Below are positions 27,674-37,187 of a stretch of DNA of 64,000 nt, piece by piece. The notes beneath the pieces were generated by a model, which saw only the letters and a program-made list of their open reading frames with translations, did no database searches and was not told the origin of the DNA. Origin of the DNA: an uncultured virus (IMG/VR IMGVR_UViG_2861330777_000001) (Duplodnaviria > Heunggongvirae > Uroviricota > Caudoviricetes); the IMG/VR virus record IMGVR_UViG_2861330777_000001. One strand, written 5' to 3'. Numbering within the stretch: position 1 is the first letter of the stretch; each line of letters opens with the position of its first letter. Made by a program: the position numbers and the translations under genes.

Positions 27674-29455
27674 TTATAAAAATGATGGTTTTTGTATGAC
27701 TCGTTTCCGCGTATTTTTCGAAATAGAAACGGAAATTTCCGTAGCGTCAATCAGATCGTCGTGGTCTGCGCCGTACCGCTCGAACTGCTCTAGCAATAGC
27801 GTATGTTTCCGCGAAAACTGAATCTTAGACGTTTCTATGTCTGGCAGCATCGCCTCGATACGTAACTCCTTACGATTACGCTGGTAAACTTTCTTCACGC
27901 GATTATGTGCCGGGTAGCCCGTATGCTGAAGTCGCTCTTTCAACTTATCGACGAAGAACTCCTGTGCTGCTACTGCCTCCGCACCGATTATGTCCGGCTG
28001 AAATTTCGCAACTTTCTTTACGATAACTTCCATGAACTCGTCCGGATGAACGCGCTCACCATACGAATCGATTACGTAACAGACCTTCGTAAGTTTATGG
28101 CGTGCTACTGCCGTAATGGCGGAAAAGTCGCCTTTCTGCTTACCCATGGCGAAATCTATGCCGAGAGCGATGTCGTATTCTTCATGCGGAAACTGGCGCG
28201 CTGGGTCTTTATCGTCCCAATACGTAAATGTGTCCGGATTAAATACCATCGACTCGGTATCTAACGGATTATTCATATACTCCGTGTTGAACGCTTTGCT
28301 GCCGTTGTCCCATTTCCACGCCATTAACTTAAATAACGGCTGGACTGTCGGCCATAGTACTTCGGCGCCCTCGTCCATATCCGCTTTGTTTGCAATATAA
28401 AAAAGCTCCGCCGTTTTGGCCGAGCGTGAGTCTTCGCGATTCATATATAACTTCCGGCATTCTTCCCATAAGTCCTCGCGTTTAGGCATCGTAATTATCG
28501 CCTGGTAGCGTTTAGTTTCGAAGTCGGCACGGTGTTTCATTACGTCGATTAAAAGTGAATCGTGATGGACCGTTGTTCCCATGAACACTATCGCCGTCTT
28601 TTTTCCTTCCGGATCTCCTAACGGAACGACAACCTGGCGAAACCAAGCCTTTAGTTCCTCGCGAAGCTCAGCGGTATTGTTATTCTTTTCGGAATCGACG
28701 TCATCACAGACGATTAAGTCCGGCCGAGTTCCGTTCCAATTTCGCCCGCGCAAAGCTTGCCCGGAGGAAGCCGCTTGAACCAGCGTAAGCATTTTCTGTC
28801 GCCCTTCTCCCTCGTCTTCCCACGCGATAAACTCTGATTGGTTGTCCTTCGGATTCATCTGCTGTCTTGCGGAAAGAAGGGCGCCAAAGTCGCGAATCAG
28901 CGCTTCGTTACCCGTTAGCTGAACCTTCAGCCAGTCGAGGTTTGCGCTGGACACGGAGGGCGTCTCCGATATAATTATGATGTATTTCCGCTTGCGATAG
29001 ACGATTTCATGAATCGGAAAGGCTTTCGATAAGAACGATGACTTGGCGTGAGACCGTGGGGCCGCAACGACTACGCGCTTGTTCATCTCTTCGTTCGAAA
29101 CTACGTTCATAATGTCGCATATCTCACCATGAAATTCTGGCGCATATTTAAGGATATCTTCCGGTGCGTCGGCCAGGTTGAGTCCGCTTTCGCTGAACTC
29201 CGGGATCCAGTTGCCGGCGTTATCGCGGTTCAAGTTGTCGCCAAAGTATTTATACGCGAAAAATAGCAGGTCCGTCTCGCCCCGGTGAATGTCGCGAAGC
29301 CTGCGAAACTCGTCAATGATGCGCTTCAGGTCGAGCTTGTCGTCGGGACTGAGCGTCGCGTATATTCGTACTTTAACCGCGATATACTTGCGCAACGTTT
29401 CGATTTTAGAGCCGCGCTTTTTGTAGTCGTGCCACTGCCCGTTGATATTCGCCAA
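27674..29455 (-). CDS. terL: Terminase large subunit
   Basis: APRSHAKS Walker A, PDLIVCDD Walker B, GIDFA and HDDLIDA nuclease motifs. Confidence 0.95.
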   Translation of the reverse strand: MANINGQWHDYKKRGSKIETLRKYIAVKVRIYATLSPDDKLDLKRIIDEFRRLRDIHRGETDLLFFAYKYFGDNLNRDNAGNWIPEFSESGLNLADAPEDILKYAPEFHGEICDIMNVVSNEEMNKRVVVAAPRSHAKSSFLSKAFPIHEIVYRKRKYIIIISETPSVSSANLDWLKVQLTGNEALIRDFGALLSARQQMNPKDNQSEFIAWEDEGEGRQKMLTLVQAASSGQALRGRNWNGTRPDLIVCDDVDSEKNNNTAELREELKAWFRQVVVPLGDPEGKKTAIVFMGTTVHHDSLLIDVMKHRADFETKRYQAIITMPKREDLWEECRKLYMNREDSRSAKTAELFYIANKADMDEGAEVLWPTVQPLFKLMAWKWDNGSKAFNTEYMNNPLDTESMVFNPDTFTYWDDKDPARQFPHEEYDIALGIDFAMGKQKGDFSAITAVARHKLTKVCYVIDSYGERVHPDEFMEVIVKKVAKFQPDIIGAEAVAAQEFFVDKLKERLQHTGYPAHNRVKKVYQRNRKELRIEAMLPDIETSKIQFSRKHTLLLEQFERYGADHDDLIDATEISVSISKNTRKRVIQKPSFL

Positions 29456-29484
29456 GTTTATCGTCTCCTCTCCTAAAGTTTCGT

Positions 29485-29513
29485 TTGACTTGCGTATGTA
29501 TATCGTATATTAT
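29485..29513 (+). promoter_or_regulatory. SigA-type promoter of the recombinase
   Basis: TTGACT-N17-TATTAT. Confidence 0.7.
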
Positions 29514-29570
29514 GAATGTAACATAACTAATAAGGAGTTGCTTTCGGCGACCGATTGGAGTGAAACGGAA

Positions 29571-30095
29571 ATGAACGAAGTCCAACCGATTAAAAACAAG
29601 CGAGATATTCAGCGCATGAAAAAGGCGTTGCATGGCCGCGACTTGCTACTATTTACGATCGGCATAAATACTGCTCTACGAATAAGCGATTTACTCAAAC
29701 TACGGGCCGAAGACTTTTCCGGCGAATATATCGTGCTAAAAGAGCAAAAGACCGGCAAGGCCAAGCGCATCAAGATTAACGAAGCTGTCCGCAAGTCTAT
29801 TCGCGAACTGGCGCCAAGCTCCGGCTATTTATTTCCCTCACGAAAAGGTGACGCAGCAATCGGCCGTGTGCAGGCGTACAGAATACTGAATGCTGCCGCT
29901 GATCGTGCCGGTATAAATACGGAAATAGGTACGCACACGCTACGCAAGACCTTCGCCTACCATGCGTATAAATCTGGCGTAGATATTGCCGTCTTGATGA
30001 CCGTACTGAACCACGCCAGCCAGCGCGATACCTTGAAGTACATCGGAATTGTGCAGGATACCGTTGACGACGTTTATATTGACGTATGCTTATGA
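29571..30095 (+). CDS. Small tyrosine recombinase, catalytic domain only (174 aa)
   Basis: LRISD, HTLRKT, LNH and TLKYIG catalytic residues; RBS GGAGTG before ATG 29571; hairpin plus T8 at about 30098-30128. Confidence 0.92.
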   Translation: MNEVQPIKNKRDIQRMKKALHGRDLLLFTIGINTALRISDLLKLRAEDFSGEYIVLKEQKTGKAKRIKINEAVRKSIRELAPSSGYLFPSRKGDAAIGRVQAYRILNAAADRAGINTEIGTHTLRKTFAYHAYKSGVDIAVLMTVLNHASQRDTLKYIGIVQDTVDDVYIDVCL

Positions 30096-30630
30096 CGAGT
30101 GTTACCGTAAAGGTGGCGCTTTTTTTTGTGCCGAAAAGTCAAACGTTAATTTTGATTCGTCGATTTTAGTGTGTCCAGTTTCGCGATTTTTCAAATACGG
30201 GGTTGGGGGATCGAGCGTTCCCTGTATAGCGTATTCACTCGAACGAATAACGAATGAATCAGAAACTCCTTTTGTTACGTTAGGCAATCGCAACAAACGT
30301 TGATATACCGCCATTCCTAGCCCATCTATCGACCCCACCTTTATCAACTCGTTTATGCAGTCGGTTAACAGCGTCATATCAACGATGGTTATCAGCGTAA
30401 GATCGAGGCGGAGTGCATAGGATACTGCATATCTACGATAGGTTATGCGGCAGTACTCGAAAGTTTCCGGGTCGATGTGCGTCAGGATGTCCGTGCGGAC
30501 CGACTGTAAACGGAAGTACATCCCCATCACACACGCCACCCCAACGCATCATCCGTGTTTCTTCTATTATATAGACGTTCATACTTACGCCATTATCTCG
30601 CTACTTTACATCGTCGATTTATTCGCCTAC

Positions 30631-31035
30631 CTACTCGACGTCCTTCGGCTTTCCTAGCGTAGCTCCAAACGAAGCTATCTCGCTATCCAACGCATCATAA
30701 TCGATGTCCTTATCGGAGCCCTTCGTCTCTATCTCGACCTTATCCGTAAGCATACCGTTAATCTGCAAGGCCAACTTCGCCATAGCGGCATTACCATCAC
30801 GTATAGCTATTTCCGCAAGCGATTCGACTAGCTCCGGTAATCTGTCCTGACTATTGCGCACGATCTGCTTCTTTAGCTCTCGCTCGAACAACGGATCCTT
30901 GCGCCAATTGTGGATCGACTGTCGACTGACTCCACTGATTTGCGCAATCTCTTCGTCTGTCTTTCCGCCTTTACGCGGCAGGCTTAAGTATTGAATTGCC
31001 AATAGGTGCTCGGCGTTTAACCGTTTTAGTGCCAT
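30631..31035 (-). CDS. terS: Terminase small subunit (phBC6A51-like HTH)
   Basis: EEIAQISGVSRQSIHNWRKDPLF HTH; GNAAMAKL...MLTDKVEI. Confidence 0.8.
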   Translation of the reverse strand: MALKRLNAEHLLAIQYLSLPRKGGKTDEEIAQISGVSRQSIHNWRKDPLFERELKKQIVRNSQDRLPELVESLAEIAIRDGNAAMAKLALQINGMLTDKVEIETKGSDKDIDYDALDSEIASFGATLGKPKDVE

Positions 31036-31394
31036 ATAATTCCGTCCTCCTTTCCGTGATTATGGCGATAAGCTATCGCCTTTACTTTCGTTTACATTCC
31101 TCTAAACATAAGACCGTGAGACAGCGTAAATAACAATAGAATTACGATATATGTACGCAGTTATTACCGCCAAGTCTTACGACTTGAAAACCTTGCAAAG
31201 CCGGCCAAGAGCGTGCCGACCTTGCTAACTATGCCTTTTTCGCTGGTTCTTAAATAAAAGAAAAGATACGGCGCCGAATGTAGCGATAGCGAATGGTGGC
31301 GCAATTACTTAAATACCTATGTCTGATTAAGAGGGACAGAATTCGAAAAAAACCCCACAAACCGCGACACATCAACGTTTGTAGAGGTTTTCGT

Positions 31395-31450
31395 ATGCAC
31401 CGTCAAAGCAGGGTATTTCGCGGATAATGCACCGTAAAAGCAGGGTATTT
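31395..31450. repeat. Two 24-bp direct repeats (iteron-like)
   Basis: ATGCACCGTCAAAGCAGGGTATTT (31395-31418) and ATGCACCGTAAAAGCAGGGTATTT (31427-31450). Confidence 0.9.
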
Positions 31451-32380
31451 TTACGAGAACAGCACTTTTACAGCGCCAAGCGATTCCGCAGGTCCAGCGA
31501 ACACCACTCGCGGATTAACGACGATACGCTTCTGCCTCCGATCCTTTGCGTTATGTGGCAGCCAGAATACGGGCTCCCCGTCGATAACAATACCTTCGAG
31601 CGCCCTCCGCAGTTTGTCCGTATCCTTATAGCCGAGTAATGCCGCCAAGTGATCGAGATTCATCGCTCGTAAATCATCGTCACTATCTTGCGGATTGAAG
31701 CACACGACATTCGTGCGGAAGTTAAGAAACGGCAGCACCGCGTATATAATCGCCAACTGAGCCGTTTTCCTTCCTTTATATATAGCGTACAAGTCCCGCA
31801 CAGTCTTTCGAAACATTCGCGTATGGCTATACTCGGACAACTTGTAGCCAGACTCTTTTAACGGTCCGCGAAAGAAAACGCTAGGGTTAATGTGGATTTC
31901 GCCGCCTTGCTCCTGTACGATATCCGCGTCAATCAGTTTGCGGTAGAACTCCGCGAACCTATTGCGGCTAATTCCGATTAACGTCTCCAGCGCCCTCTTA
32001 TCGATTACCTTTCCGTTGTCATGCTGTAGACGCCCGGTTTGGTAACCGGTGTATGTGCCGATAAACATTAAGCGAGCTAAATCCGGCTGTGTGAACGCAG
32101 GGTAGCGCTCCGCCATCGTTTTACAGCTCTCGAAAAACGCGAATACGAAATGCCCGTTCTCCAATTCGTGCGTACTTAATTCGTCGACCGCCTGTAAAGC
32201 CTCACGTTGAGCCGGCGTTGTTTTAACGGACAGTTCCGCCAAGTGTGATTTATCGACGCCATTTTGATCGTATACCCTACCGTCTTGTACAACGGCGTTC
32301 TCCTTTAGCGCAAGGACTCCGCGTTTTAAATTCCGAGTTAAATTGCCCCACTGGCGCTGTTCCTCAAATCTACTCATCAT
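31451..32380 (-). CDS. RepL-like winged-HTH replication protein with two wHTH-like units
   Basis: LETLIGISRNRF...IHINPSVFFRG and LAALLGY...IVVNPRVVFAG; adjacent direct repeats. Confidence 0.6.
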   Translation of the reverse strand: MMSRFEEQRQWGNLTRNLKRGVLALKENAVVQDGRVYDQNGVDKSHLAELSVKTTPAQREALQAVDELSTHELENGHFVFAFFESCKTMAERYPAFTQPDLARLMFIGTYTGYQTGRLQHDNGKVIDKRALETLIGISRNRFAEFYRKLIDADIVQEQGGEIHINPSVFFRGPLKESGYKLSEYSHTRMFRKTVRDLYAIYKGRKTAQLAIIYAVLPFLNFRTNVVCFNPQDSDDDLRAMNLDHLAALLGYKDTDKLRRALEGIVIDGEPVFWLPHNAKDRRQKRIVVNPRVVFAGPAESLGAVKVLFS

Positions 32381-32439
32381 ATCGTCCCCTTTTCGGTATA
32401 TTTGCACATAATAAAAAGCCCGCGCTAGGCGAGCGTGAA

Positions 32440-33405
32440 TCATTCCGTCAGTTTTCGATCTGCTTGCGAGTCTATTATCGCTTCAAGGCGTTGGTTTGCG
32501 ATCTGTACGTATTCAGACTCACGCTCAAACCCGATGAATTTACGGCTTAATCGTGTGGCAGCCACCGCAGTTGTTCCGGATCCCATAAAACAGTCAAGTA
32601 CAATGTCGCTTTCGTTAGACGAAGATTTAATAATTCGCTCTATTACCGTTAAAGGCTTTTGGCATGCGTGGTATTTACCTGAATTCTCCGTTTTATATCG
32701 CCAAACATTGTTATGATTTGGGTCTACGTGGTGAACAGCTCTGGCGTTATCAAACGCAGACTTTAACTCATCGTAAGGTTTTTTCCAATACCCCGTCGTT
32801 TGCATAATTTCATACTTTTCACGTGTTGGAAGCTCCCATTGACTATTTCCAAAGTAACGCTTTGCTATTCCGTCTGAAATCTGTATTCCGAAAAGTTGGT
32901 TAATTTCTAGCAACGTAAGGCCGCTTTTCTTTTTCTCGGAAATTAAATACTGTTTTATGTCATCGATCTCCTCTGGTTTCGAGTAGTAAAAAAGGTACTC
33001 ACACGTATTAAACCAGCTCCTTAAATTACTTTCATCACTTGGGTTTTTCCAAGATAGAGCCCGCCAATCACCTTTATCCCATGTTACAAATGAGTTAAAA
33101 ACAAACGAAGAGTTTTCGTCTAACCACGTCATTAACTGAGCGATCTGTTGCATGTCGTTGTGAAACCAGTAAAACGACCCGTTATCTTTTAGTACACGAT
33201 GGCATTCGGTAAATACACCACTCATAAACTTGAGATACTCTTCCTTACTGTATTTATCCCAACTGGCGCCCTTTATCCCAATATTATAAGGAGGATCAAT
33301 CACGATTAAATTTACGCTCTTATCCGGAATCAACCGCATACCCTCCAAGCAATCCATCTGATATATCCGGTTTAACTCCAAACTCCCTAGTAATTCTTTC
33401 GTCAT
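32440..33405 (-). CDS. DNA amino-methyltransferase (N4C/N6A, beta group)
   Basis: IDPPY and DCFMGSGTT motifs; HACQKP. Confidence 0.93.
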   Translation of the reverse strand: MTKELLGSLELNRIYQMDCLEGMRLIPDKSVNLIVIDPPYNIGIKGASWDKYSKEEYLKFMSGVFTECHRVLKDNGSFYWFHNDMQQIAQLMTWLDENSSFVFNSFVTWDKGDWRALSWKNPSDESNLRSWFNTCEYLFYYSKPEEIDDIKQYLISEKKKSGLTLLEINQLFGIQISDGIAKRYFGNSQWELPTREKYEIMQTTGYWKKPYDELKSAFDNARAVHHVDPNHNNVWRYKTENSGKYHACQKPLTVIERIIKSSSNESDIVLDCFMGSGTTAVAATRLSRKFIGFERESEYVQIANQRLEAIIDSQADRKLTE

Positions 33406-33566
33406 CTATTCGTACTCCTTTCGTTAATCGGCGTCGAAACGCCGTCATTTAATACGATACAAAACGCACTAAAACACAATACCCTACGTATATTAGTGCG
33501 TCTGGCACCGAAAATAACAATAGCCCCTTCAAGAAACATAGATAACTAACGTCATAAATAACAATA

Positions 33567-34049
33567 TCACTCGGAAATATCTCGCAAATTCCTAACGCTC
33601 ACCGGTTGCACCTTCGTAAACTCGATATACTTACGTTTTCTCTCCACGTTCCTAGTCTTCGTCTTCCTGTCTACGAATCTATTTTCGTATCCCGTACGTT
33701 CCCTCTTCGTCGGCTTCAAATGAACACGACCATCCGCAGCGCTGTTGTCTATCGCATCGCCTACCGAAGATTCTCGACTATCACGGCGGTCAAACTGGCG
33801 CTCGCTCAGAAACGGGTATTCCGTTTGTGCGATCTTATGCTCATTCATATCCGACAACTCCTCGTACAGCACCAAGTCCGCCAGTCTTTCCAACGCAACC
33901 TCGTCCGGCATCTCGCCAGCTTTTGCGTAATAATCCTCCGTTAGCTGCTCGATTTTCACCATACGGAGCTCACGCGGTAATTCGCCGCGCTTGGTTTCCG
34001 CCTGTAGCTTCGTAATACTTTCGTGTAGCTGTGTTTTATAGTCCGTCAT
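33567..34049 (-). CDS. Hypothetical phage protein
   Basis: RBS AAGGAGGT; overlaps upstream gene. Confidence 0.75.
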   Translation of the reverse strand: MTDYKTQLHESITKLQAETKRGELPRELRMVKIEQLTEDYYAKAGEMPDEVALERLADLVLYEELSDMNEHKIAQTEYPFLSERQFDRRDSRESSVGDAIDNSAADGRVHLKPTKRERTGYENRFVDRKTKTRNVERKRKYIEFTKVQPVSVRNLRDISE

Positions 34050-34281
34050 CCGCTACCTCCTTGATATGCTTATACCCGACCGTAATTTGACGATTGTAGA
34101 AAATCGCGTAGAAGTAAATTTCGAATCCCACGTGCGTAATCGGCTTATCGTACCCATTAGCGCAAACCTGCTTCGGCTCTTTCGCAAAGCCCCCGGAAAA
34201 TGAGAAACCGCCGAACGACGGAAACTTTTCGTAATTTAAAATGACGCCACTTTTCGGATAAATAAAATCTTCGTCCATCAT
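34036..34281 (-). CDS. Hypothetical protein
   Basis: RBS GAGGAGG; TAATG coupling. Confidence 0.65.
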   Translation of the reverse strand: MMDEDFIYPKSGVILNYEKFPSFGGFSFSGGFAKEPKQVCANGYDKPITHVGFEIYFYAIFYNRQITVGYKHIKEVADDGL

Positions 34282-34673
34282 TACGCCTCCTCTTTCGTAT
34301 TTGTAACCGCATACCCTTCGCCATGCCCCGCCCAATAGTAGAAAATTTCCGCTATCTTTTCTATCGCATTATCTACGTAAATATCAATCGCCTGCTGCGA
34401 AACTCCCATCGACGCCCCTGCGTCCTTTTGCGTCAAATCCTCCTCGTAAACCAGACGCAACGCCTGACGCTGCCTAACCGTCAGGCCCGCCCGTTCGATT
34501 GCCGCCGCCAGGTCGGTTAGTATATCTACCGCTGAATAATCGCCTTGATATTGCCGGCCGAGCAGCGCGTGATAATCGCCGAGCAGGAGCCGAACGCCCT
34601 CCGGATTGTCCAAGGCGTAACGCTCCGATAAACGTCGATCGCCTGCGTGTATGTCGTATTTAACTGCGCCCAT
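34281..34673 (-). CDS. Sigma-70 region 4-type HTH protein, candidate late regulator
   Basis: LTVRQRQALRLVYEEDLTQKDAGASMGVSQQAI. Confidence 0.8.
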   Translation of the reverse strand: MGAVKYDIHAGDRRLSERYALDNPEGVRLLLGDYHALLGRQYQGDYSAVDILTDLAAAIERAGLTVRQRQALRLVYEEDLTQKDAGASMGVSQQAIDIYVDNAIEKIAEIFYYWAGHGEGYAVTNTKEEA

Positions 34674-35314
34674 TAGTTCGCCTCCTCTTCGCAAATCTCC
34701 ACAATATGCCGACATAACTCATCCGGAATCCTACTACGCTCCATCGCATTCTTGCGCCCTTGTGTGCCTGTTTTCGAGCCCCGCGGTGCTGCTTCGTGAC
34801 AAGGCGCGCCGTTCTTACACATTGGCCGGAATGCTGGCGCCGGGTGATTCGTCCACAAATCTGTCGGCTTCATGCGGTCATCGCCGTACTGACAATACGT
34901 AACTGTGTGCCGCGGACGGTCCGCCATAAACCGCATCTTCCGCATACCTCCGCGCGGATTCTCGATAAAGTAGTATTTCGGAGCCAGATCGTCGATAAGT
35001 CGCAGCATATTCGCATTTACTTCGTCACAGAATTTCGCGTAGTCACTTTTCGGCGCCAGATTGCCGTCTGGTTCGCGTGTCCGGTGGTGCGAAATAGCCG
35101 CGATGGAATACGATGTGCAGTCCGGGCTAGCCCATATTACGTCAGGCTTGCCGAACCTTTCGAGAATGACTTCCGCCGTAATCTTGCCGATGTCCGCGTA
35201 CCAATCGATATCTCCGTGTTTTTCGTCCCATTCGACGCTGTATACTTCGTGACCAGCCGCTTCAAACGCCTTGCCAATACTCCGTGTGCCGGCGAATAAT
35301 TCGAGTATTTTAAT
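34673..35314 (-). CDS. DNA cytosine-5 methyltransferase-like protein (213 aa), probable ATT start
   Basis: Frame open upstream of the track ORF: IKILELFAGTRS (motif I), WASPDC (IV), IENP (VI); AGGGGAGG 8 nt before ATT. Confidence 0.85.
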   Translation of the reverse strand: MKILELFAGTRSIGKAFEAAGHEVYSVEWDEKHGDIDWYADIGKITAEVILERFGKPDVIWASPDCTSYSIAAISHHRTREPDGNLAPKSDYAKFCDEVNANMLRLIDDLAPKYYFIENPRGGMRKMRFMADRPRHTVTYCQYGDDRMKPTDLWTNHPAPAFRPMCKNGAPCHEAAPRGSKTGTQGRKNAMERSRIPDELCRHIVEICEEEAN

Positions 35315-35387
35315 AAAGAACGCCTCCCCTTGCTATTTTCGTTACTATTTCGTATACTATTCGTAAAAAAGAACGGAGCTGTCCGCC

Positions 35388-35801
35388 ATGCCTGATAAAG
35401 AAACGCCCGACTTCGCCTGGATTTCGTACTCGACCACGCTAGATGACGCATACATAACCGTTGATTCGCAGAAACGCCTTTACCTATCGTCGGCAGCATG
35501 GAAGAAGCTCGGATTGGCGCCCGAAGGTGCTGCGCTAATTATCGGACACGATCACGCCAACAAACGCTTAGTCGTAGCCAAGCCGGAAGTCGTGCGCGCT
35601 GTTAACGTACGTCCATTCCGATTCGACCCCCGCCGATACTGCTCGGCCAAGCCGTTCATACGCGCGCTGGCGATTGCTGACGAGACACTGCCGCTTAGGT
35701 ACGAATTCCTCGGAAAAGATTTCGGCGCCTATGCTGAAGGAGCTTACACATTTGGCTTAGTCGGATTCGATGCGCCAGATGGCGGAATTAAGACGGAGTG
35801 A
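35388..35801 (+). CDS. Hypothetical protein inserted against the operon direction
   Basis: 137-aa ORF; promoter TTGCTA-N17-TATACT at 35330-35358; RBS GGAG. Confidence 0.75.
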   Translation: MPDKETPDFAWISYSTTLDDAYITVDSQKRLYLSSAAWKKLGLAPEGAALIIGHDHANKRLVVAKPEVVRAVNVRPFRFDPRRYCSAKPFIRALAIADETLPLRYEFLGKDFGAYAEGAYTFGLVGFDAPDGGIKTE

Positions 35802-36085
35802 TTACCTATTTCACTCCGCTTTTTTTTGCGTGCTTCTAGCAACGTAAGGATGGCGTAACCTGCCAAGTCACACAACGTATCCTCCACGCTTTCCCCGACG
35901 CTGTCTTGCGCCCCGCCGATAAGGTTATCTAAGCGCGACATTTTATCGTCCATGCGGATTAGGCCGCTCATTACGCCATACTTTGCGAACTGCTTGGCGA
36001 AACTGTCGCCATAGTCGCGGTTCTTACGGATTAATAACTCCTTAACTTCGTCACATATCTGTGCGATCCGTTCTTCCTGCGTCAT
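35744..36085 (-). CDS. DUF1599 / nucleotide-modification-associated domain protein
   Basis: KNRDYGDSF...RMDDKMSRL...ESVEDTLCDLAGYAIL. Confidence 0.85.
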   Translation of the reverse strand: MTQEERIAQICDEVKELLIRKNRDYGDSFAKQFAKYGVMSGLIRMDDKMSRLDNLIGGAQDSVGESVEDTLCDLAGYAILTLLEARKKKRSEIGNHSVLIPPSGASNPTKPNV

Positions 36086-36327
36086 TATTGACCGACCCCT
36101 TTCGTTCTTTCCGTTAGCATCGCAATATCTTCGAGCACAAACGCCATCTGCCATTCAAGTTTTCGGAGGCGTTCATCCGTATCGGCTTCGATGTATTTCG
36201 AGATGCCCGGCTTCGAGATAAGTACGTACGTTTCGCCGGATTCTACGTCGGTGCCCGTAACAGAAAGCCCTCCGTCGTGGCGGTCCTCAACCGAAATTTT
36301 CAACGTTAAGCCGTCGAGATCAGTCAT
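36085..36327 (-). CDS. Hypothetical protein
   Basis: Translationally coupled to neighbours. Confidence 0.65.
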   Translation of the reverse strand: MTDLDGLTLKISVEDRHDGGLSVTGTDVESGETYVLISKPGISKYIEADTDERLRKLEWQMAFVLEDIAMLTERTKGVGQ

Positions 36328-37187
36328 TGCCCCACGCCACCTTCCGCTAACAATTCCGAGATGTCGCGCAGTATCTCTTCCGCAGACTTGCTCGGCTTGT
36401 CGGCTGGCTTACCGACGATTGCGTCAATAAACTTATACTCTAGCTCTGCGATATCCTTCGAGTTACTCTCCGTTTGCTCAGCGAAAGTCTGCACGTTATT
36501 CTGCGTCATTCGCAACTGTTCCTCCGCCGAATTCTTGGCGCGAACCAACTCGCCGACTATTCGTTCTAGTTCCGATGTGCGACGCGCAAGGTTCGCCAGC
36601 ATGTCGAGGACGGCCGGTGAGCACTGCGTGGCGTCGACGGATGGGCCTTCCGCAAGGACCTCTTCGTGCCTATTTTCCGGTGTGCATTTCGCTAATAGAT
36701 CGGGCAGCGTGTAGGAATGCGGAGCTTCTTCGTCTGAGACCGGAATGAGTACGCGATACTTGGTGACATCTGTATCGATAAACCGCTCAACAATACCGCC
36801 ATCAAAGATTAAATCAGCATCAATACTACCGTCGTCAAAATCGTCGTTAACTGTACATGTGCCGATAGTGCCGACTTTTGAGGAATCCTACGTTTCAACA
36901 ATAATCACCTTCTCGCCAATTTCGGCTTTTCGATCGACTAGGCGATAACGTGTGCCGATGATTTGGACGATTTCGGTCGACTCGAGCGTGCGGTAACAAC
37001 CGTGCCTTAGACCATAGTAAGCATCGCCCAATGTGACTCCGATCTCACTTTGACGAAGGACTTTTCGAACATCATTCTTGTCTATTACGTAATCCCCAAC
37101 CTTAGCCTTCCGGTCAACCTCGACATATTCCCGTAAAACCCCGCCAATCGATTCGTCTGTGATCAAGTGCGTTTTAACTTCGCTCAC
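36324..37187 (-). pseudogene. 287-codon gene interrupted by one in-frame TAG (36890-36888)
   Basis: Track ORFs 36888-37187 and 36324-36602 share a frame and the 95 codons between them are open. Confidence 0.75.

Noticed and set aside
30102..30539. 145-aa minus-strand ORF between terS and the recombinase
   Set aside because: No RBS, no motifs and runs through the recombinase terminator; more likely non-coding
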